The notes beneath the pieces are model-generated. The model searched no databases and was not told the origin of the DNA. It saw nothing but the letters and a program-made list of their open reading frames with translations. A DNA stretch of 59,313 bases, counting the filler, from Candidatus Lindowbacteria bacterium RIFCSPLOWO2_12_FULL_62_27 (GTDB taxonomy: Bacteria; Lindowbacteria; 2-12-FULL-62-27), in NCBI GenBank assembly GCA_001784175.1. It is 4 parts of 4 records of this genome, joined end to end, with 100 filler letters (N's around TTAATTAATTAA, not from the genome) between each part and the next. Parts side by side here need not be neighbours in the genome. Positions count along the whole stretch, not along the records: positions 29,429 to 47,294 come from MFPR01000034.1; positions 47,395 to 59,313 come from MFPR01000039.1; 2 more parts are not named here. The stretch is one strand, 5' to 3'. Shown here in pieces: positions 44,401 through 47,716 of this stretch (position 1 is the stretch's first letter; each line of letters starts with the position of its first letter). The position numbers and the translations under genes were made by a program.

Positions 44401-45104
44401 TGGGCGTGAAAGCGACCGCGGGGGCAGCCAAGGCGGCGAGCCGTTTCGAGCCGCCGGCGACGGCGGGCGGGTACGTCGCACTAGCAGTCCGACGGTCGGA
44501 CGAACGGACGAACGGACGAACGGAATGGATGGCGGCGCTGTTCTCGGAACCCGTGACCGCGACCGACGCGCGAGACGCGGGCCGCGCGTGGGACGTGATG
44601 GTGGCGTCGGACATCGGCCAGGCCGTCACGCTCGCGTGGGACAACGTCGAGAATCTGCCAAGCGGCTATGAGGCGTATTTGATCGGCGCCCCCAACGGCC
44701 CCGTGAATTTACGCACGGTTTCTTCTGTATCGTTCCCCTTGTCTCAACGTCCCCTTGTCTCCTTGTCGCTCGTGTTGGGCGCGCCCGAATTCCTCGCGCC
44801 GTACTTGGCGGCGCCGCTCTCGAAGGAGAACACGTTCGTGTACCCGAACCCGGGGCCGGACGGGACAACGGGGAACATGACGTTCGCGTACAACCTGGGC
44901 GCGGCGGGCGACGTCAAGATCAAGATATTCGACGCGAGCGGGCGGCTCGTGCGCGAGCTGACCGGCACTGGCGCGGCGGGCGCGAACACCGTCGTGTGGG
45001 ACACGACCAACCGTCACGGCCAGAAGGTCGGCTCGGGCGTGTACATCTACAAGATCGAAAGCGGCGGCGACAAGCTCGTCGATAAATTGGCAATCGTTCG
45101 ATGA
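29430..45104 (+). CDS. Giant (>5200 aa) surface protein: Kelch-like start, ~7 beta-helix/FN3 modules, 7 FG-GAP repeats, PKD-like and Ig domains, FlgD-Ig/T9SS-like C-terminus; 5' truncated
   Basis: The frame is open from the contig edge (TNFWRYSISGNTW...). Motifs include WGDYDNDG, APVADAGSD/PTANAGPD and a C-terminal YPNP...KIKIFDASGRLVREL...WD...GSGVYIYKI. Confidence 0.9.
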   Translation, partial: TNFWRYSISGNTWETKAATPAGVSYGGALVYPGTGDTLYALGGNGGNFWAYTLPGPYPGPNWYVNDTSTSGDSYTSAVGSDTNEGSASAPFRTIIAAMAAASEGDTIYIDAGIYDSYTWVSATETAGVNIDKDSITLIGKDSGSTIIDPPGASSISTMYGIYADTQVGLTIKNLGVTGAYDGIHFYNVDSSTIESDSASSNGNYGIYLRVNSDTNTIKNNTASSNSRGIWLDASSNNTVTNNTAGSNSNEGIVLTSTSNNNTVTNNTASSNSSAGIWHGSSSNNTVTNNTANSNTNDGIYLQSSTNNTVTNNTASSNSRYGIWLDVTSNNNTVTNNTASSNSTFGIYLAASSNNNAVTGNTANSNLQHGIVLDASSNNRVIQNEVRLNTRYQVYIDNASSSDTVQKNNIEPSGTNPDSGVYNGSTIAANKFTVTRNWWNSTDTARIKQMIYQKSNGDSVIWQPFRLGQVDTTAFADTTAPDAPDTVAVTPSDTSLIVSWSAVTALEEANGGAVGLSGYRVYRSKVKDTSSWVKVAQTATGVTRWQDTDVVIGSPYYYRVTAFDTATFENESFFSDSQPSDSAMFTTTVNWYVNDTSTTGDSFTTAAGSDTASGKGTVAAPFKTIPRAMQFATAGDTIWVDAGLYDSYVKVSASETAGVYITVDSLTLIGKDSGATVIDPPGDSAVANLYGIYADTQTGLTIKNLGVTGARVGIYFMNVDMSTVSGDSASSCADHGILLRNGSDTNTVTSNTASSNSDRGIFLFSSSNNNTVTSNTAISNSTSGITLESNSNNNTVSNNTAISNKQNGIHMNSISNNTVSNNTASSNLSYGIYLSASANNSTVSNNTAISNGSSGIYLYSNSNNTVSNNTADSNSSYGITLDLSSNNTVVQNDVRNNTTYQIYIVGTSSSDTVQKNNIVPSATNPDSGVFNGSTVATNKFTFTRNWWNSTDTARIKQMIYQASNGDSVIWQPFRLGQVDTTAGADTTAPDAPDTVAVAPSDTILIVSWSSVTGLEEANGGAVGLAGYRVYRSPVISDTSLWTEIAQVGSTADGWQDTSPFVGKVYYYRVTAFDGASPYINESFYSDSIPGDSAPYTSQTDWYVNDGSTAGDSYTYATGSDMSGNGSKQTPFASIPKAMSVATAGDTIWIDAGLYDSFVTVNGTETVGVNIDKDSITLIGADSNATVIDPPGAAGTAGLYGIYADTQVGLTIKNLGVTGAYQGIHFYNVDQSTVAGDSVCSNGNYGIYLRINSDNNTLNGNSAASNSSFGIYLLSCSNNTVTNNTASSNSNYGIYLNAASNNMLTGNTASSNSPNGIYLYFASNNTLSGNTASSNAYTGIYVDGSSNNTLTNNTAASNGTYGVWLYGASTDNLFAQNTLDSNGAYQIYIDGSGGAGAADTFLKNNIRPSPDNPDSGVYNNTGNTFDFTRNWWGTTDSVAIGRMMTDTGAVNRIVYSPWRLGIVDTTAGADTVAPNDPDTVAASAAAGAGTVLVTWSAVTANEDGDAGAAGVAQYRVYRAGVADTSSWTQVGTPTGTGFTDSGMTIGATYYYRVTARDGAAFPNESYYSDSVVSATPSGWTNAAEPMGANAGVYIISSIQWGDYDNDGDLDLAVSGQDGGTNNRLIIYRNDGGGSFTNVAEPMGANAGVRQGSIQWGDYDNDGRLDLAVSGSDGTNYRLIIYRNDGGGSFTNVAEPMGANAGVRQGSIQWGDYDNDGRLDLAVSGVDGGANKRLIIYRNDGGGSFTNVAEPMGANAGVYYSSIQWGDYDNDGRLDLAVSGQDGGANYRFIIYRNGGGGSFTNVSEPMGANAGVRQGSIQWGDYDNDADLDLAVSGLDGGANRRLIIYRNDGGGSFTNVAEPMGANAGVQDGSIQWGDYDNDGRLDLAVSGAIDGGTNKRLIIYRNDGGGSFTNAAEPMGANAGVYAGSIQWSDYDNDGDLDLAVSGNDGTNKRLIIYRSDAIAPPNVRPNTPAINAPKGASVAQGDTVTFRWTKVTGDTTPDTGMTYNLRVGTASDKADIFAADTNSADSVGNAILGNVQNDTSAELVRSLTVGQTYYWSVQAVDQGMMRSAWATEETFTITLVPNTSGVWYVNDTSIVGDSWTTAIGYDTAAGNGTASNPYRTITYALSQALSGDTIYIDAGLYAETVVIDTDNIALIGKDSTATVIDPPGSDTGIYASGKSYLLIRSIGVTGAYDGIVFNNVDYSRLDADSAGGNSNYGVVLRNGSDTNTIVNGIFNSNASRGVVLWASYNDTVQTCVAASNSGVGIGVFSSGGGHTFTGNTTNSNTTAGIQIGAGIGGNLVKNNTITTSPNMGIYILNAPNNTIIGNIVKGAQPGIEVSASRNTIRNNFISQNSNGAGVYINGIADTNIVEQNDIAGNETGVMVILQARNNVIQKNNITGNTWELINRGGLAQTTGRNWFGSADSATIAAKISDTASAWQPWRLSRVDTSAGADTTAPDAPDTVAVTPSDTSLIVTWQGVSALEEPNGGAVGLSGYRIYRSPVISDTSLWTQIAQVGSTADGWQDTSPFVGKVYYYRVTAFDAASPYINESFYSDSIPGDSAPYTSQTDWYVNDGSTAGDSYTYATGSDISGNGSKQTPFASIPKAMTAATAGDTIWIDAGLYDSYVVISATETAGVNIDKDSITLIGKDSASTIIDPPGANSTSGLYGIYADTQVGLLIKNLGLTGAYDGIHFVNVDQVTLSGDSFSYNGRHGVILLNGADTNSVTGNAIDSNGSDGLELSAGAGCTISGNQVNFNGAAGILLSANASNNTVSNNAARQNATHGIHLNPADSNTISGNTLESNPTGIYLQTSHNNMISNNIADSNTNGIYLHQGSNLNTVSGNSANANAAVAGIMVDGGTNDTIINNTANSNSQDGIFINASTAITITGNTVQSNLINGIDAAGGNTGLLIADNIARSNTQHGIYLSASADLTARNNFVRFNAQAGILLEFAESIVISQNDVSGNDTGIWITGDASNNLILKNNISGNTVSNLYNQSGVAQTLARNWWGTSDEVTIAEKIADPSGSVWRPYRLELVDTAAGADTVAPESPSSVTLDTSTPGQITLTWVNPTINEDSDLGTVGFAGLNIFRLVNQPDSSNWSDGIYVVRQTTALETTWIDTDVTGGNTYYYRLTSKDTAPFVNESFAMDTYWATAAVAYSGPSWYVNDTSTSGDSYTSAIGDDTTGAGSAGAPYATITKALLMAKSGDTIYVDPGAYTAPVVIDTDNLTLVGADNSLAVIDVGASGDGISATGRTGLSIQNIGVVNALNGVLFNQVTNSTISTAYIFGCSTNGIRLTNGSDTNTLIGNTAFSCPNGIDLEASAFNTLTYNSVSTNSAINIHLLGASNNTLSNNYADGGSGDGIYLDSGSNNNTLETNSAGGNTGSGIVIAGSSYNNIYGNIADTNGAQGVYLQANSTGNTINSNSVAGNATGIYAAPNADSNIIAANAALSNTSFGIYLSGCTGNTVSGNTADYNTSYGIWLSACANTALNGNEAASNSDYGILLGGGSMNNAVSGNVSMLNATVGIYLAGSSNNTIVDNAIRANTTNGVEFSASSDNNILMNNGITANGMDGVEIGNSSNNIMVQNLIASNTQYQIFWYGTSSANLISKNNISYAPGNPPLSAYIAPTAAPAVIDLTRNWWGSTDTAEILAMTVYQGTNGDTLVFTPFRIGVVDTTAGADTVAPESPETVAADAPVSAGYVRITWSAVTANEDGDAGAADVSSYRIYRSLTGDTSDWVEAIGTAAGDNFIDTSVALGTTYYYRVTAVDTATTPNESFYSDSIVSATPPMYDGPAWFVNDTSAAGDSYTSASGSDGTGDGSAGAPFRTIAKALDMAASGETIYIDAGYYTETAVIDTDDITISGVDSGATVISAGSTGDPVIHAQNCANVRIEKLGVRNGYSGLRLDNVNGAYIEGVEAKDNQWFGVAISGGTNHTLVYISATGTETAGVYIDNTSGDSIQNCYSSSNGTNGFELWNSVGSMWSGNTASNNSGAGFQVRSCASNSFSGNTADSNASNGMELASSTANLVKGNRIAGNQQDGVLLDSSSLNVFSQNDISSNAGYQVYVTDGSESNWFARNNILPGGTFPDSAVLNTSGNAQDFQRNWWGTTDEFIIELRLIDTSGSNLVQFSPYGLGVVDTSLAGDSLAPSSPTGASANGGTPGQVTVTWSDPVVDEYGGGLSDLAGIKIYRLVDSFDTPNWANLPVKYVAAAVGSWVDTDVIAGHTYRYRLTAYDGAAFINESFFSDSVGASALNHAPYIAPAIANQMDSEDTSPWSIALSSYAGDTDGDPLTWSVTGGGTVVSASVTGGETLDITPTANAYGVDNLTVYLTDGQDTASQVVSVTLTSVNDAPVADAGSDTAIAAGATAYLTGSGSSDVEGAVTYLWTQLAGPAMTLSPDSVTADVSFVSDTAYLGDYIFQLTVGDGIDTSADTVVISAGNVAPVADAGSETVSVTHPDTVNLNGGASYDSNGDTLYYLWTIVSGPTSPAISGADSVAASFVADSVGVYVVTLEVFDGTDTTTDTLDVTALNTAPTANAGPDTSVTAGATAQIFGSASSDPNGDMISYSWTQTGGPSVELSDSFAANPTFVPVIAATYYFDLAASDGFDSATDQVMVTVTAGAPAVMEKSVDTHILADTYEQAVLAVHVLDANGNCVPSEAVTFEVTYPSTGNDAGISPAAAYTDGSGIAQTTVYLSSATASSFYRVRASVSGLTQDFYVYNNKLHFAAQVSAGNNRGWKMWSYNGVPAATTVADAITPYLSDADIYEWQAGTNENTSLAGASGTHYYAPSVIERGRAYWIKSNAGGTLRITPGLTSPSETVAVSLIAGWNQVGTGQFFFTDWDKSVRFFRPTDSEHLDTLTPQQAEDSGLIQNAAYWWSEDDSTYYWGPDTAMYPQVQMKPMAGFWLLVNSAVEMLIMPIPAEPQDSVEILNQAPAYRADKGTSYARRQGDKGRTLSAYYKQNHKTGGENDWAIQLMASGGGSRDVQNYVGVKATAGAAKAASRFEPPATAGGYVALAVRRSDERTNGRTEWMAALFSEPVTATDARDAGRAWDVMVASDIGQAVTLAWDNVENLPSGYEAYLIGAPNGPVNLRTVSSVSFPLSQRPLVSLSLVLGAPEFLAPYLAAPLSKENTFVYPNPGPDGTTGNMTFAYNLGAAGDVKIKIFDASGRLVRELTGTGAAGANTVVWDTTNRHGQKVGSGVYIYKIESGGDKLVDKLAIVR
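32380..37300 (+). repeat. Intragenic ~500-bp near-identical duplication (~32380-32890 and ~36790-37300)
   Basis: Both encode YRSPVISDTSLWTxIAQVGSTADGWQDTSPFVGKVYYYRVTAFD...PYTSQTDWYVNDGSTAGDSYTYATGSD with few nucleotide changes. Confidence 0.85.
34158..35293 (+). repeat. Seven ~165-bp FG-GAP/VCBS tandem repeats (predicted 7-bladed propeller)
   Basis: TNxxEPMGANAGV-var-SIQWGDYDNDGxLDLAVSG-var-RLIIYRNDGGGSF x7, nearly identical at the DNA level. Confidence 0.92.
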
Positions 45105-45296
45105 GAACTTGATGGAGACGGCGCGCAAGATCCGCCTGGGTCACGCCCATGTCTTTGCGCAACCCGCGAAGCCGCCTGCCGAGTTGTTTTCAATTGCCGC
45201 GATACAGCCATACCGCCGTTGCCTTTCATGATGCGTTCGACCCTATCTTTTTTCGAACGATTCTGACAGCCAAGGGCCGTATCCGGCGGGAAACAT

Positions 45297-46460
45297 TCAA
45301 TTCAGATCATCCAGATTCTGCCAGCCCAGGGCATGGCCGTGTTTTCTGGACTCGGTCCGGTTTCCCCCGTGGACGAGGAAATGGGCCGAGGCGGGCGTTT
45401 TTGAAATGCGCGCGAAGAAATCCAGTCCTTTGAAGAAATCCCCGGTGACGGTTGAGCCGGATTTGATTTCAACGGCGTGCAAGTCATGCCCGTCTTCCAG
45501 AACCATGTCCACTTCATGGCCGGTATTGTCCCGCCAGAAATACGCGTTGGGGAGCCGGCCGGCGTTGAATCGGCGTTTCAGGTATTCCGATATCACAAAA
45601 GACTCGAATATGCCTCCGCGCAGATAATGCCCGGCCAACTGGCGGCTGGAACGAATGTCCAGCAGCGCAGAGAGGAGGCCCGTGTCGTAAAAGTAGAGTT
45701 TTGGCTGTTTGACGACGCGCTTGTTGAAGTTGCGGTGGTGCGGCTGCAGCAGAAAAACGATGAAACTGGCCTCCAGCACCGACATCCAGGAACGGACGGT
45801 CTTGTAATTGACGCCGATATCACTGCCGACGCTCGACAGATTCAAAAGCTGTCCGACGCGGCCGGCGCAACATTTGAGAAACCGCTGAAATGCGCTCTGA
45901 TCCCCGATATTCTTGATGCTTCTCACATCCCGTTCGACGTACGTCTGAATGTAGGAGGGAAAATAATCCTCCGGCTTGATGTTCCGGCCGTGCAGGGCGG
46001 GGTATCCTCCCCTGAACAACGCCTCGTCCAGGGAGTTGGAGTCAAGTTTGGCGCGTTTGAGTTCGGACAGGGTCAACGGAAGGAGATGACAAACGGCCAC
46101 GCGGCCGGCCAGGGACTGGCTGATTTTCTCAAGGAGCAGAAAGTTCTGGGATCCCGTGAGAACGTATCTTCCCATTTTTCCCGAATCGTCGACTATGCTC
46201 TGCAGATAGGAGAAGAGGGCGGGAACTCTCTCTGCCTCGTCGATGATCAGGCCCGTTTGGGAATGGGCATGGAGGAACCTCAGCGGGTCCTCCTCCGCGG
46301 CCATCCGTTCGTCCGGCCTTTCCAGGTTGGCGTAGGCATGCCGGGGGAACAGCTTTTTGACGAGCGTCGTCTTCCCCGACTGCCTCGGCCCGGTCAGAGA
46401 AACAACCGGAAACTTTTTCGACAGGGCAAGGACGTGAGCCCCCGCCGTCCGTTGGATCAT
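45297..46460 (-). CDS. AAA_14 + DUF4143 ATP-binding protein
   Basis: GPRQSGKTT, IIDE, LTGSQN, GGYP, YIQTYVERD, PKLYFYDTG and FWRDxxGHEVDxV..AVEIK motifs, with SD GGAGG. Confidence 0.92.
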   Translation of the reverse strand: MIQRTAGAHVLALSKKFPVVSLTGPRQSGKTTLVKKLFPRHAYANLERPDERMAAEEDPLRFLHAHSQTGLIIDEAERVPALFSYLQSIVDDSGKMGRYVLTGSQNFLLLEKISQSLAGRVAVCHLLPLTLSELKRAKLDSNSLDEALFRGGYPALHGRNIKPEDYFPSYIQTYVERDVRSIKNIGDQSAFQRFLKCCAGRVGQLLNLSSVGSDIGVNYKTVRSWMSVLEASFIVFLLQPHHRNFNKRVVKQPKLYFYDTGLLSALLDIRSSRQLAGHYLRGGIFESFVISEYLKRRFNAGRLPNAYFWRDNTGHEVDMVLEDGHDLHAVEIKSGSTVTGDFFKGLDFFARISKTPASAHFLVHGGNRTESRKHGHALGWQNLDDLN

Positions 46461-46483
46461 GCCCGACCTCCCTTCGCGCCAAT

Positions 46484-46512
46484 ATCGTATCCTTACAAAA
46501 CAGGAATTTCAA
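46484..46512 (-). promoter_or_regulatory. Sigma70-type promoter for the ATPase (leadered)
   Basis: TTGAAA-17 nt-TACGAT on the minus strand, followed by an SD. Confidence 0.6.
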
Positions 46513-46547
46513 TACTAATTTGTAAAATCCAGAACCCCTGAGCTCTG

Positions 46548-46605
46548 CTACAAACCCGAAGGCAGCGGCAACAAGCTCGTGGATAAACTGGCGGTTGTCA
46601 GATAG
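46548..46605 (+). repeat. Orphan copy of the last 58 nt of the 29430-45104 gene
   Basis: Encodes YKPEGSGNKLVDKLAVVR* versus YKIESGGDKLVDKLAIVR* at 45047-45104; 43/58 nt identical. Confidence 0.8.
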
Positions 46606-46730
46606 GGCATGACTCTATGAGCGCCGCACGCGGCCCCGGCGGGCGGGAAAACCGATGTGAATCTGAAAACGATCTCTCAATAAGTTGTAAAATCAGTCCC
46701 GGGCGTCAACGGATTCCGACAAAGCCCCCG

Positions 46731-46809
46731 AATTCGCCTTAAAAGGCGAATTTATCTCTGAAAATACATCTTCTTCTTCGATTGACTTTCTCCGGCCTCA
46801 GGCCACAAT
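46731..46809 (+). promoter_or_regulatory. Palindromic operator-like site plus possible promoter
   Basis: AATTCGCCTT-aa-AAGGCGAATT (46731-46752); TTGACT-16 nt-CACAAT (46782-46809). Confidence 0.45.
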
Positions 46810-46880
46810 TGTCCGGTGTGGGGAGAGCGCTCGCGCGGCGCCCATCCCCTGACGGCGGGGTTGGTGGAGGGAATTCAAAG

Positions 46881-47294
46881 ATGTCGATGGTGGTCAAGAG
46901 GATCTTGCGATTGGCCGGGGTTGCCGCGTTGTTGCATTACTGCGTTCTCACTTTCCCGGCTCCGGCTTGGGCCGCGGGGGACACGTGGATCACACGGTCG
47001 AGTATCCCCAGCGGCGCGTATAACGGCGCAGGTCTTGTGTACCCCGGTTCGGGCGACACCCTATACACGTTCGCCGGTAACAGCACGAATCTATTCTACG
47101 GGTATTCCATCACCGGGAATTCGTGGACCGCCATGCCAAACGCTCCGGCCGGCGTCGACGAGGGCGGCGCGATGGTGTATCCCGGATCGGGCGACACGCT
47201 CTACGCCATGATCAACAATGCGACGAACCGCATGTTCACGTATTCCATATCAAGTGGAACGTGGGACACGAAGGCGGCCACGCCGTTCGCGGGG
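46881..47294 (+). CDS. Secreted Kelch-like repeat protein, N-terminal part only
   Basis: SD GGAGG, signal peptide (..PAPAWA|A), and repeats GxxVYPGSGDTLY...YSIxxxxW matching the start of the 29430 gene. Confidence 0.8.
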
Positions 47295-47394
47295 NNNNNN
47301 NNNNNNNNNNNNNNNNNNNNNNNNNNNNNNNNNNNNNNTTAATTAATTAANNNNNNNNNNNNNNNNNNNNNNNNNNNNNNNNNNNNNNNNNNNN
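47295..47394. other. Artificial contig spacer
   Basis: Same N/TTAATTAATTAA linker. Confidence 0.97.
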
Positions 47395-47395
47395 C

Positions 47396-47716
47396 GAGCC
47401 GACGACGACGGAGACGCTGAAGTTCACGGGACTGCGCGAGGACAAGAAGGCCTACATCCCACCGTCCGAGCCGACAACGACGGAGACGCTCAAGTTCACG
47501 GGCCTGCGCGAGGAAAAGAAAGCCTACGACCCACCGAGCGGTCCGACGACGACGGAGCCGCTCAAATTCACGGGACTGCGCGAGGATGAAAAACCATATA
47601 TCCCGCCGGCCGAGCCGGTGACGCCGAAAGTACAACCCCTGTCTCTGACCCTGACTCCGGAAGAGGGCAAGGGCGGCGTCCTGTCCACTTCCGCGACCGT
47701 GACTTCCGATGAATAA
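47396..47716 (+). CDS. C-terminal end of a gene with 24-aa (72-bp) tandem repeats [24 protein letters not shown]
   Basis: Open frame from the contig edge to TAA 47714-47716, three repeat copies, overlapping the next ATG. Confidence 0.7.
   Translation, partial: EPTTTETLKFTGLREDKKAYIPPSEPTTTETLKFTGLREEKKAYDPPSGPTTTEPLKFTGLREDEKPYIPPAEPVTPKVQPLSLTLTPEEGKGGVLSTSATVTSDE

Noticed and set aside
23087-45104. One ~22-kb gene spanning the second gap
   Set aside because: The spacer is artificial, and the domain types on either side (FN3 array versus Kelch) do not connect.
46785-46865. c-di-GMP-I riboswitch in the leader
   Set aside because: Only partial resemblance (CTCCGGCCT...GACGGCGGGGTT); the GCAAA/GNRA hairpin is not evident. 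An Infernal/Rfam search would settle it.
15754-47394. TTAATTAATTAA palindromes within N-runs (three places)
   Set aside because: Artificial contig linkers with six-frame stops; not biological.
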